DNA of 60,714 bases from a virus (lineage: Duplodnaviria > Caudoviricetes), in the IMG/VR virus record IMGVR_UViG_3300010354_000094, positions 1 through 60,714 of that record; one strand, written 5' to 3'. The translations under genes were made by a program, and so were the position numbers. This document shows, piece after piece, positions 20,301 through 28,741 of this stretch. The notes beneath the pieces were generated by a model. It saw only the letters and a program-made list of their open reading frames with translations, was not told where the DNA came from and did no database searches. Numbering within the stretch: position 1 is the first letter of the stretch; every line of letters starts with the position of its first letter.

Positions 20301-23300
20301 TTTTTAGCAGACATTAAAGAAGGTCAAAAAGTTTGGGTTGATCGTAATTCTAAAGGAAAATGGGAAGTATACGAAAAGATAGACAATTACAGGTCTTTAA
20401 CTATAACTAGCGGACTTAAAAATCCAGGAATGAGGTTTGGCCATAGATTAGTATCAAGAGAAGGATCGGGTGTAATGGTTGCTGCCGCTCCGTTATATAA
20501 TGATGCTGTTTATGGAACAGGTCGAGTTTTTGTTTTTAATAACTCTTATGCTGCTACAGAAAATGCTGTTCAGCAAAAATTTAGTTATGGTTTGAATAAA
20601 ATAGCAGATCAATTTTATAATTCTACATCTGGAACACCTGCGAAATTTGGTCATGCACTAGCTTTGGATTCTAAAGACGGGTTAATATTTGTAGGAGCTC
20701 CCTTTGCCAGTAATGTTCGAAGGAACTCGTCAAATACTAGTACAAACTTTGTTGTTGCAACTAATACAATGTCTGGTTATGTAGCAGAAGGAATAGTTAC
20801 TATGTCCTTTAATGTACCTTCTGCTAATAATGAAATAAGATTTAAAACTTTAGCTTCTTCGGAACCAGAAAATAATTTAAATTTTGGTTCAAGTATTTTT
20901 GTAGCCGATGTTAAGGGAACAAAACCTTTATTAGTTGGTGCTCCTGGTCATACTAGTAGCACTGGTGCAGTCTTTGTTTTTAATGTTGCTTACAATAGAT
21001 TTGACCCTCCAAATACAAGTTTTGATGAAGGTCTTACTGTTTTCGATAGTGGTACATGTTTATTTGACGGAGAAGTTGTATTCATAACAGAAACTAATAT
21101 AACTGCTACCTCTCAGATTAAGTTACCAACAGTAGGTATTCCTGGACTAACAGGCAGTAGATTTGGAGAAAGAATATCAGGAGATTTGGTAGGAACCAAG
21201 ATCGCAGTAGCAGCGCCTCAATATGATAATGGGAATGGTGCAGTATTCATATATCAATCTACAGCAACATTAGCGCCGTATTCTTTAGTGCAGACTATTC
21301 CGTGGAATGCTGAGTATCATAACGGTGTATTGCCTATCGGTAGCAATTTTGGTACAGAGATAAACATCGATGATTCGGGCCATTATCTTTATGTGTCTGC
21401 GTATACAGCCGACGATAAAAAATATCAACCAGGAAAGGTGTTAATATACAATTGGACTGGAACTGCTTACACTTATACTCAGGTTCTTCATAACCCCTCA
21501 GCTACGCTTGGCCTTAAGTTTGGATATAGTCTTGAAAGTGATAGTAAAGGAAATATATTAACAGTAACCAGCCAAGGTCCGAACTATTTTGTTGGAATAA
21601 AATTTGACAGCGGCGAAACTACATTTGATGCAGATTCTACCCAATACGGTAGTGTAGTTGAAGATAGTGGCAGTGCATATGTATACAATAGGTATGGTTC
21701 AAAATACATTTTCTCAGATGAATTATTCAACGAATCAGTTACTAAAAATAGTTTATATGGCGGCAGTGTGGCTGTTGATAGAAATACTATCTATGTCGGC
21801 GCACCAGGATTTGTAGAAGTATTCAGTATAACAGAATTTGCAGAAACATATAAAGGTAATTTTGATTATGCTACTTTCTTAACCACAGCTCAATCTATAT
21901 TGCCTTTGTATACTAGTAATAATTCTTATATTACAACACCGGGTACTAGATACGGACTATTTAGAGATCCGGATAATACAGGATTAAGTTATTGGACAGC
22001 CTTTGCAATCAACCAAAATCAATCTTCTACTTCCACAGTATTTTTAGATAGTTTCTTTGAAGCAGTATCATTGACTTCCGAAGCTTCTAGGGCACTAACT
22101 AACAATAAGACATTCTTACCATCAAATAATGGTAGAGTATTTGTATGGAATTCAAAAGATCCATTGTCTAACAGTTGGAAAATAATTAGGCAACAAGATG
22201 AATCTATCGACGTAACAAAGTTTAAACAAATAAAAACTATTAATGTTAGGGACGATAGTGTTGAAGAGTATTTAGAAATATATGATCCTGCTAAAGGTAA
22301 AATACCTACAATTGCTGATGACGAGATCAAATACAAAACTTTCTTTGACCCAGCAGTTTATTCATCTGGTATAGATTCTGTCAGTGTTGATGTTGAATCG
22401 TATTGGACTGACGAAAAAGTCGGAGAATTATGGTGGGATCTGAGCTCCGTAAAATATGTATGGTACGAGCAAGGGGATGTTGAATATAGAAACAAAAGTT
22501 GGGGTAAATTATTTCCAGGATCTACGATAGATATTTACGAATGGGTAAGTTCGCCGTATCTTCCAAGCCAATGGGCTGATTTATCTGGTACTCCTCAAGG
22601 TCTTGCACTAGGTATTACAGGAGAACCAAAGTTTGCTGACGACAGCGTGTATGCAATTAAAAAAGTATACAATAGTCTGACAAATACTACATCAAGTTTA
22701 TATTACTATTGGGTCAAAGGAAAAACTGATGTACCTAATAGACAAGGCAGAAAAATATCAGCCTATGATGTTGGGGTTGCTATAGAAAATCCAAAGTTTT
22801 ACGGCCTCAAATATCTACAGGTGTTAAGCAAAGATTCTTTATCGGCAGTAAATGTTAAAGGGTCTTTAATTGATGATGTAATTTATCTAAACATACAAAT
22901 AGATGACATCGATAATCCTAATAACAGGCATAGTGAATGGGAGCTAATTGCTGAAGGATCTGCAAAATCAAATATTAGTACTATTCTAGAAAAGAAATTC
23001 GTTGATAGCCTATTAGGTAGGGATAGGTTAGGTAATCTTGTTCCGGATAGTTCTCTCCCAGATAGACAAAAATACGGAATTCAAATTCGTCCAAGACAAT
23101 CTATGTTTAAGGACAGAATTAGTGCTTTAAGAAACTCTGTAGACTTTATAAATGATGTTTTTGAGAAAAATCTAATTACAGATTTTTATAATCTCAATAC
23201 TATGAAGTTGAAAGATGAGATTCCTGAAATAAGTTCTAGGGAATATGATCAAATAGTAGAAGATTTAGGTCAACGCGATTTAATAGAAATTAAAGATCTA

Positions 23301-26300
23301 AGACAGGCAAAGGTTGCTTGTACCATATTAAATGGAAAAATAGATTCCTTAACTATTATTGATAGCGGATATGGTTATGGAAAATTAGAAATTTACGAAT
23401 ATGATATTAATAACAATCCTATAAAATGGAGAGGACCTAAAGTTTCTATTGATAATGATACCAATGGAGCAGTTATAGAAAGTATTATTAACGGTTTTGG
23501 CGAATTAGTTGAATTAATATTAAAGAATCCTGGCACAAACTACTATTCAACACCAATTATAAATGTTAGACCTTATTCTGTTATAGTTCAAACAGATGAA
23601 AACTCAAAAGGAAAATGGGCAAAGTATTCTGTAATCAATAAATCATGGTCTAAAGTTCAAACACAAAAGTTTGATACTACTAGATATTGGGATTTTGTTG
23701 ATTGGGTGAGTCCAGAATATAATCAGTATCAGACTATAGCATCGACTGTTGATAAATTATATCAAACTCAAGAATTAACTTTACGACCTAATGATTATGT
23801 AAAGGTAAATGACGGCGGCGCCGATCGATATTTAATTTTGCGTAAGACAGAATTAGGAGTTCAAGGTACATTCAATGAGTTGTTTGATGTAATGTATAGT
23901 GAAAAAGGTACATTAAAAATCAAAGAAAGTGTATGGGATTTAAGACAATCTTATTTAGGATGGGATCAAGTTTCTCCTTACGATGAAACATATTATGATC
24001 AAACTCCTGACGTTGAATTAGAAAATATTTTACAAGCCCTTAAAGAAGATATTTTTGTAGGAAATTTAAAAGTATATTGGAATAAATTATTCTTTGCATC
24101 TGTAAGATATGCCCTTACAGAACAAAAATCTCTTGACTGGGCATTTAAGACATCATTTATTAATGTTCAAAATCAAGCAGGAGAATTAGATCAAAGACCT
24201 GTTTATAAGTTCCAAGATAGTAAATGGTATGAAGATTATCTAGATGAAATCAAACCCTATCACACTAAGATAAGGAATTACGAACTAACTTATAACAATA
24301 TAGAACCAAGTCAAACGTTTACAACTGACTTTGATTTACCTAGTGTGTTTGATAATAATCTAGGAAAGTATGTAATTTTAGATCCAAGTAATCCTAAGGT
24401 TCAAGAATATCCTTACAAAGGTTGGACAGACAATTACAAATTATTTGTTGATTCTATCATTGTTACAAATGGTGGAACATTATATACCGCAGTACCTGAA
24501 ATAAGAATAATACCGGCATTTGGCGATACTCCTACAAGAACTGCAACAGCTGAAGCTTATATATCAGGTGGTAAGCTTTCTCAAATTATTGTAACAGATC
24601 AAGGCGAAGGTTATACCAAGACTCCTACTGTATTGGTAGTAGGTGGAAAAAGTCTAACAGATGGCGTATTGGCTAAGGCCAGTGCGATAATGACTAACGG
24701 TAAAGTAAGAACAAATACCGTAGGTATGAAGTTTGATAGGATTTCTATATCGAGAGAAATTGGTTCAAAGACTGTTACAGATACATTTGTCGCCGACGGT
24801 ATACAGCAAGAATTTGTATTAAGTTGGCCTGCTTTCTTAAACAAAGAAGAAATTTCTATTACATTAGACAATGTTATTATTTTAGGTGCAAACTATACTT
24901 TTGAAGATTTTAAACAACTTTATAACGGTTATAATAAATCTTATACCAAGTTAGTTTTGAACTTCCAACCTGATAAAAATAGTGTTCTAAAAATAACTTA
25001 TCCTAAGAGTCTTAAGATTTATACAGCTATTGACAGGATTGAAGATTATTATGATCCTCATTTTGGAATGCCTGGAAAAGAACCAGAACAACTAATGAAG
25101 GGGGTAGAATATCCCGGAACAAAAATTGTAACTCAAGAATTTGCCTATGATTTTTCTTGGGATGCATTGCCTTTTGAAAGTGTAACTTGGAATAGATTGG
25201 CCAATCAAACAGACGATTTAGATTCTATTATTGATGGTGGAAGTCTCACTACAACTAACGGACTATTTGTTTCAGCTTCGGGGATCAAACCAGAAGATAT
25301 AAATCTTGACGGCGATCAATTTTTAAGTCCTTGGAGGTCTCATGCTCCAGAAGAACTAATTAGAGGCGAAGTTAACGAAAGCCTGGCAGTTAATGTTTAT
25401 ACTAGAGAAATTAGTGGAAGCCCGATGATTTACACAGCGTCAGGCCAAGTTATACCCGGACGACCTACTGTTATAAAATTAACAATTAAACCGCCTAATA
25501 GAGAATCAGTAATTGTAACTTTGAATAACAGATTATTAAATTATGGCGAATTTACAATTAATTTTGAAACCGACGAATTAACATTTCCAAACACAAGCAA
25601 TTCTTCTGGTATTATAGAAATTACCTATATGGATGTAGGGGGCACTGGTTTCTTAAGCTTAGACAGTCAGACGAATGAAGGAGAAAGTATTGGTTCAGTC
25701 GTTGGATCCTGTGCATTTGTTGATGTAAAAAGTGTGTATGTTAGTGTGAACGGTATTAGAACACCTCCTTATACACAACTCTCTGGTTCGGGATACATTA
25801 TATCTGTAGCAGAAGAAGGTGTAGATGCTAGGGCTAAGATAACTGTTTACGGGTTATCGACCACAGGTGAAAACACAATTACGGCAGCATTTTTCAGTGC
25901 TGAATTTAAAGGGTTTAGCGAAGTAAGAGAACAAATTGTTTTCAATACTGTTCAAAAACAATTTACATTAGTGCAACCCCCTGCCAATATAGGACCTCAG
26001 TCCTCTAATGCCATTGTTGAATTAGATAAGCGTAGATTATCTCCACCAAATACTACTTATTATGAAGTAACTTCTGTAAGTACGGGATCATATGCTATCA
26101 GTCAATCAATGACATACGAGCCAGGTTCAATTGGGTATACAAATATCGAAGTATATAAAAACGGACAAAGAATTCCTGGAACTAATTTCTTTATTGATCA
26201 AACAAATAATATCTTAAGAGTTAATCCTTTAGATTTTAAAGTAGGGGATGTGTTAGCTATTACAGTGTTACTAGATCATGAATTTGTTATTGTTGGTAAT

Positions 26301-27701
26301 CAACTAGTTTTAACTGACAGAGTCAATGTAACTCCACCAAATCAATTAAGGATTTTAACTTTTACTAATCATGATGCTAGCCTAATAAGAACAGAAGTAT
26401 TCAATATTAATTCTGCTGGGTTATATAAGATATCTAGACCTGTAGTTAACGATAATTATATTTGGATCAGCATCGGGGATAGAGTTTTAGTAAGTGGTTA
26501 CGATTTCTTTGTTTTACAAGATGGGGTTACTATTCAATTAGATCCAGATATTCCCTATCAGGATGGTCAAAGAATTACTATAATGACCATTGGAGAAAGG
26601 CAATCTGGAAAGACTATTGGATATAAAATATTTAAAGATATATTTGGTAGAAATCATTATAAGAGATTGAGTCAAGCAGATACAACCTATTTGACTCAAC
26701 CCCTACAATTAACCGATACGTCTATATTTGTAGAAAACGGTAACGTTTTACCTCCACCGGATCTACAGAAAAATATTCCAGGAATAATTTTTATTGCAGG
26801 TGAAAGGATTGAATACGATTACAAAAACGGTAATCAATTAACTGGTCTAAGAAGGGCAACATTCGGTACCGGAGCTAAAGATTATTATGCCATAGGAACT
26901 TGGGTAGCCGATCAAGGAATAACGCAAACTGTACCTTTTAATGAAACTGTTAATGAGCAACAAATTTTAACAAGTTCAGTTATATCTTACACCCCAGTTC
27001 ATTCTTTTGATAATGCAGGAAACTATGTTGATAGAGTAACAGGAAGCTATCTAACAGATGGGTTTGTAGCAGGACAAACTATCAAGATTGCCGGTACTAG
27101 ATTTAACGACGGAGTTTATCAAGTGTTACAAGTTAATGCAACAAGAATGTGGTTTACTCCATTAAAAGTTGCTACTAACGAACTTACTGTCGGTACTTTT
27201 ACAATAACAACTATTGGTTATCCTATAACTACATTAACGTTTGTAAATACTGCCGAGCGCCACGATCAGGTTGAAGTATATTTCAGAGGAAGGAAGTTAG
27301 AAAAACCGACAAAAGCTGGAAACATAAGGTATGCCCATGATAAATCTCAAGCCTATGATAGCGGATCAGAAATAGGAAGGTCTATTATTAATCCTGATTT
27401 TAATATTACCACAGCAACAGTTAGTGCTACAATAATAACTTCAGTAGTTCTTACAGATAATATACCTATTCAAGGAAATGAGCCACTATTATTAGTGCAG
27501 AGGAAGTCCACAAGTTGGTATGATCAAACCAGTGCTACAAACATTTCTCTACTGACAGGACAGACTATACAAGCAAGATTTATTCAAGAAAGACCGTCGT
27601 TTACACCGGACATATATTATTACGGTGGGGACACTGTTTTACGATTTGATGATGGATTGCCATTGACCACAGATGATGATAGACCAATAAAAGGAAGCTA
27701 A
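14382..27701 (+). CDS. Giant virion structural/baseplate protein (4439 aa; gp7-like position) with FG-GAP-like propeller and CBM-like repeats
   Basis: Follows gp6. LLPAFFKT start, KGTRNAL, IKPYHTKI, FG...VGAP repeats, W...Y..GDVV.Y repeats and GxGYxxxP Ig-like repeats. Confidence 0.75.
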   Translation: MVSNYKGRRSSDLLPAFFKTEKNRKFLTSTIDQLINPPALSRIDAFVGSKNTPNYKSTDLYVAETNPLRQQYQLEPALIVKNETQEIKKTLAFDDLINQLNSFGGTVSDLNRLFQPHYYSYDPKIDWDKFINFREYYWLPTGPSTITVTGEQVAPISTISVTDAEDKIQFVFGGLTTSEKLVLYRGYTYVFEVDSIHNFYIKYTNQVGPADQYTNNVSNNGVKKGQIIFTIDWTTPARLFYTSNDEQLSTGEIIIKEPQENSTINVEDEIVGKINYTSSNNIKFINGLKIRFGGTVFPEYYRDSDFIVEGVGDSIKLIKFSLLSTPDVIADLVNDKFDGTNFDQFPFDNFKNIPLVPEYITINKASKDLNPWTRYNRWFHSDVIKASAEFNNAVPDFPQEYRATRPIIEFKANLQLYKFGDTAIGNIDLIDNMTTDAFGIAESVDGYYIDHVRVEEGYRVIFNADSDPLVRGKVFRATYSKVWRKTINPVTGQLVVSNTEYDLKLNLELESDAPVEGSSILVTKGNSDAGSSYYFDGTLWIKSQQRTYRNQPPLFDLFDKDGNSYGGKYYLTNFTGNKIFGYGIGTGTPDPVLGFPLQYKNVGVEGTYLFNNYFSNQEIIVVENNETKIVPSETSFFRINDSQTIFANIWVVAEEYEIPKLDNGLYEVPLNLTNNPNNARISDFTLTELSDHVKTMVSRDSKFEGLFPGLSNLKDLPNIAKYGNRIISNINSMAFPLHFIADKENNVIDAIKLVSDQYNQFKFSLIKSFLEVDRTDSPIDALDSILTKLNQNKTTTFPYFNSLMLGYGTGAIVRNYRVTDSRNTTYSLPSDYSPSDVASRAVYIYLNGTQLINELEYKISAYSSNFEILVPLERGDLILVKDYKSIEGNFVPPTPTSLGLYPKFEPKIYLDDTYAGDPVNVIQGHDGSLTVAFNDYRDDIILEFEKRVYNNIKISYNIDIFDINKILPGAFRSTQYNYWEVINLVYRDFLKWKSSYTVEFEKNTAWDVNNHRTYNYGSIDGPLGEKLPGNWRAIFKLYFDTDRPHLCPWEMLGFSNKPDWWESAYGPAPYTSGNLLMWEDIAEGRIIQGPRQGLHATYARPGLLDLLPIDDEGNLVDVRNWHILGQADALQDSNASWKFGDHGPAETSWRRSSYWPYAVQIILALIKPSLYGSLMFDTSRVNKDKIGNIVYSNDGLFLSTRRLLVPYDVVNSKKVLCTGYSVFLVEAGLQRTLEYINNLKSDLKFSNFHLMHKVGGFISKDKIEVVIDSVNPNSISPGVLLPLEDYSIFFNVGNTVQTVSASGMIIQKYNNNQYIVRGYDRVNPYFTVYDPIHQKSDKSLTVGGKSEDYSLWSANFFYSAGDVVSYQNQFYRVVTNHNSGQTFNSKFYSNLRVLPTVGGTTAAISDVYETSSRKVSYGVILDSVQAVVDLMLGYGKFLETEGFIFDDFNVDLNQDINWKFSVKEFLFWTTQNWANDSVIAVSPFANKITFTSHDSVVDNVFNSFYEYNIFNASGNAFPKEDFNLIRNEATCTITTDREEEGIFFIRLRLVQKEHVLILNNRSRFNDVIYDTEKGYRQRRIRLIGFKTSEWNGDYFSPGFVYDSSVIKKWTPYTDYLAGDVVEYTGNYYSLIKNLSGTEKFNYTDWSLLGNKPVAQLIPNFDYKINQFEDFYSLDIDNFDVSQQQLAQHLIGYSSRVYLSNIFIDPIAQYKFYQGFIREKGTRNALEKLAKASVNNLQGKIDFNEEWAFRVGHFGAYSSLDELEFPLEENKFLDNSQVIKFVASEPGIDFDITNYITEDKLSMKPQDFDISSVFATKSQTYAENDYVLPVAGYARVEDVHYAIKDKASLYNFTTSTFIKTGDTVWIGFEEDGDWGMYRYARLSPVVVNVETDIAGQTLLFTTDVYHGLSEGEIIAITRFEDTLDGVYKIKSVPLLNQIIVESTIIPGNTFTPYGVLFKFVKCRFDSFDDLANTEFLADIKEGQKVWVDRNSKGKWEVYEKIDNYRSLTITSGLKNPGMRFGHRLVSREGSGVMVAAAPLYNDAVYGTGRVFVFNNSYAATENAVQQKFSYGLNKIADQFYNSTSGTPAKFGHALALDSKDGLIFVGAPFASNVRRNSSNTSTNFVVATNTMSGYVAEGIVTMSFNVPSANNEIRFKTLASSEPENNLNFGSSIFVADVKGTKPLLVGAPGHTSSTGAVFVFNVAYNRFDPPNTSFDEGLTVFDSGTCLFDGEVVFITETNITATSQIKLPTVGIPGLTGSRFGERISGDLVGTKIAVAAPQYDNGNGAVFIYQSTATLAPYSLVQTIPWNAEYHNGVLPIGSNFGTEINIDDSGHYLYVSAYTADDKKYQPGKVLIYNWTGTAYTYTQVLHNPSATLGLKFGYSLESDSKGNILTVTSQGPNYFVGIKFDSGETTFDADSTQYGSVVEDSGSAYVYNRYGSKYIFSDELFNESVTKNSLYGGSVAVDRNTIYVGAPGFVEVFSITEFAETYKGNFDYATFLTTAQSILPLYTSNNSYITTPGTRYGLFRDPDNTGLSYWTAFAINQNQSSTSTVFLDSFFEAVSLTSEASRALTNNKTFLPSNNGRVFVWNSKDPLSNSWKIIRQQDESIDVTKFKQIKTINVRDDSVEEYLEIYDPAKGKIPTIADDEIKYKTFFDPAVYSSGIDSVSVDVESYWTDEKVGELWWDLSSVKYVWYEQGDVEYRNKSWGKLFPGSTIDIYEWVSSPYLPSQWADLSGTPQGLALGITGEPKFADDSVYAIKKVYNSLTNTTSSLYYYWVKGKTDVPNRQGRKISAYDVGVAIENPKFYGLKYLQVLSKDSLSAVNVKGSLIDDVIYLNIQIDDIDNPNNRHSEWELIAEGSAKSNISTILEKKFVDSLLGRDRLGNLVPDSSLPDRQKYGIQIRPRQSMFKDRISALRNSVDFINDVFEKNLITDFYNLNTMKLKDEIPEISSREYDQIVEDLGQRDLIEIKDLRQAKVACTILNGKIDSLTIIDSGYGYGKLEIYEYDINNNPIKWRGPKVSIDNDTNGAVIESIINGFGELVELILKNPGTNYYSTPIINVRPYSVIVQTDENSKGKWAKYSVINKSWSKVQTQKFDTTRYWDFVDWVSPEYNQYQTIASTVDKLYQTQELTLRPNDYVKVNDGGADRYLILRKTELGVQGTFNELFDVMYSEKGTLKIKESVWDLRQSYLGWDQVSPYDETYYDQTPDVELENILQALKEDIFVGNLKVYWNKLFFASVRYALTEQKSLDWAFKTSFINVQNQAGELDQRPVYKFQDSKWYEDYLDEIKPYHTKIRNYELTYNNIEPSQTFTTDFDLPSVFDNNLGKYVILDPSNPKVQEYPYKGWTDNYKLFVDSIIVTNGGTLYTAVPEIRIIPAFGDTPTRTATAEAYISGGKLSQIIVTDQGEGYTKTPTVLVVGGKSLTDGVLAKASAIMTNGKVRTNTVGMKFDRISISREIGSKTVTDTFVADGIQQEFVLSWPAFLNKEEISITLDNVIILGANYTFEDFKQLYNGYNKSYTKLVLNFQPDKNSVLKITYPKSLKIYTAIDRIEDYYDPHFGMPGKEPEQLMKGVEYPGTKIVTQEFAYDFSWDALPFESVTWNRLANQTDDLDSIIDGGSLTTTNGLFVSASGIKPEDINLDGDQFLSPWRSHAPEELIRGEVNESLAVNVYTREISGSPMIYTASGQVIPGRPTVIKLTIKPPNRESVIVTLNNRLLNYGEFTINFETDELTFPNTSNSSGIIEITYMDVGGTGFLSLDSQTNEGESIGSVVGSCAFVDVKSVYVSVNGIRTPPYTQLSGSGYIISVAEEGVDARAKITVYGLSTTGENTITAAFFSAEFKGFSEVREQIVFNTVQKQFTLVQPPANIGPQSSNAIVELDKRRLSPPNTTYYEVTSVSTGSYAISQSMTYEPGSIGYTNIEVYKNGQRIPGTNFFIDQTNNILRVNPLDFKVGDVLAITVLLDHEFVIVGNQLVLTDRVNVTPPNQLRILTFTNHDASLIRTEVFNINSAGLYKISRPVVNDNYIWISIGDRVLVSGYDFFVLQDGVTIQLDPDIPYQDGQRITIMTIGERQSGKTIGYKIFKDIFGRNHYKRLSQADTTYLTQPLQLTDTSIFVENGNVLPPPDLQKNIPGIIFIAGERIEYDYKNGNQLTGLRRATFGTGAKDYYAIGTWVADQGITQTVPFNETVNEQQILTSSVISYTPVHSFDNAGNYVDRVTGSYLTDGFVAGQTIKIAGTRFNDGVYQVLQVNATRMWFTPLKVATNELTVGTFTITTIGYPITTLTFVNTAERHDQVEVYFRGRKLEKPTKAGNIRYAHDKSQAYDSGSEIGRSIINPDFNITTATVSATIITSVVLTDNIPIQGNEPLLLVQRKSTSWYDQTSATNISLLTGQTIQARFIQERPSFTPDIYYYGGDTVLRFDDGLPLTTDDDRPIKGS

Positions 27702-27705
27702 TAAA

Positions 27706-28740
27706 ATGACAAGGATTTCTCAACTGCCAAGAGTAACCGGAGTTAACGACGAAAGTTTATTCGTTGTTTTAGAAAACGGTGTAGCCAAAGCTGTAACTTT
27801 TGGATTTTTACGAACTGAAACTGTAGGCTACACAGGTTCAATAGGCGGCCGAGGTATCCAAGGTAGTCCGGGATATACTGGTAGTAGGGGTATCGGTTTT
27901 GCAGGCAGTCAAGGTCCTCAAGGTATTCCAGGATTACCAGGCGGATATACAGGAAGTCAAGGATTTGGATTTTCTGGATCGGCAACTCCTGGTTTTATGG
28001 GAAGTCGCGGCTTTATAGGTAGTATTGGTTTTACAGGTAGTGCTGGTACTAATGGTTTCACGGGGAGCACAGGTTTTGGTTTTGCAGGCAGTCAAGGTGA
28101 CACAGGATTTATTGGTAGTCAAGGTCCGCAAGGGCCCGCTGGAGGATTCACAGGTAGCGCCGGAGCCCAAGGCCCTCAAGGTGTTGCTGGAAGTCCTGGA
28201 GGGTATACTGGTAGTAGTGCCGCAGGGTTTACCGGAAGCTCGGCTCCGGGATTTACTGGCTCAGCAAGCGCAGGCTTCACTGGAAGTGTAGGTATAGGAT
28301 TCACCGGTAGTGCTATTGTTGGATTCACTGGCAGTGGTGGAGGTGGATCTGGAGTTGGTCTTACTTCTAGATCTACCGCGGCGGTAACTACAACATCGTT
28401 AGCCAACAATGCTACAGCACAAACTACACTTACTGGTTTTAAATCTTATATATTATACAAGGTTCAAACTAGTGCCGCAGCCTGGGTAAGAATATATACT
28501 AGTGCATCTGCACAAAGTTCTGATGCTGCCAGGACACAAGGTACTGACCCGGCACCAGGTAGTGGTGTAATTGCAGAAGTAATTACATCAGGAGCAACTA
28601 CTCAATTAATTAGTCCAGGTGTTATTGGGTTCAATGATAGTTTACCTGTTTCTACAACTGTTTTTGTAACAGTTACAAATCTTAGCGGTGTAACTACACC
28701 TATTACTGTTACATTGACAATCAATCAACTAGAGAATTAA
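27706..28740 (+). CDS. Collagen-like (GFTGS repeat) tail fibre/decoration protein
   Basis: RISQLP N-terminus; many G(F/Y)TGS and GxQG triplets. Confidence 0.75.
   Translation: MTRISQLPRVTGVNDESLFVVLENGVAKAVTFGFLRTETVGYTGSIGGRGIQGSPGYTGSRGIGFAGSQGPQGIPGLPGGYTGSQGFGFSGSATPGFMGSRGFIGSIGFTGSAGTNGFTGSTGFGFAGSQGDTGFIGSQGPQGPAGGFTGSAGAQGPQGVAGSPGGYTGSSAAGFTGSSAPGFTGSASAGFTGSVGIGFTGSAIVGFTGSGGGGSGVGLTSRSTAAVTTTSLANNATAQTTLTGFKSYILYKVQTSAAAWVRIYTSASAQSSDAARTQGTDPAPGSGVIAEVITSGATTQLISPGVIGFNDSLPVSTTVFVTVTNLSGVTTPITVTLTINQLEN
27826..28335 (+). repeat. Degenerate coding repeat (GFTGS / Gly-X-Y)
   Basis: Recurrent GG(T/A)TT(T/C)AC.GG.(AG/TC) units in the collagen-like gene; boundaries approximate. Confidence 0.7.
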
Positions 28741-28741
28741 T

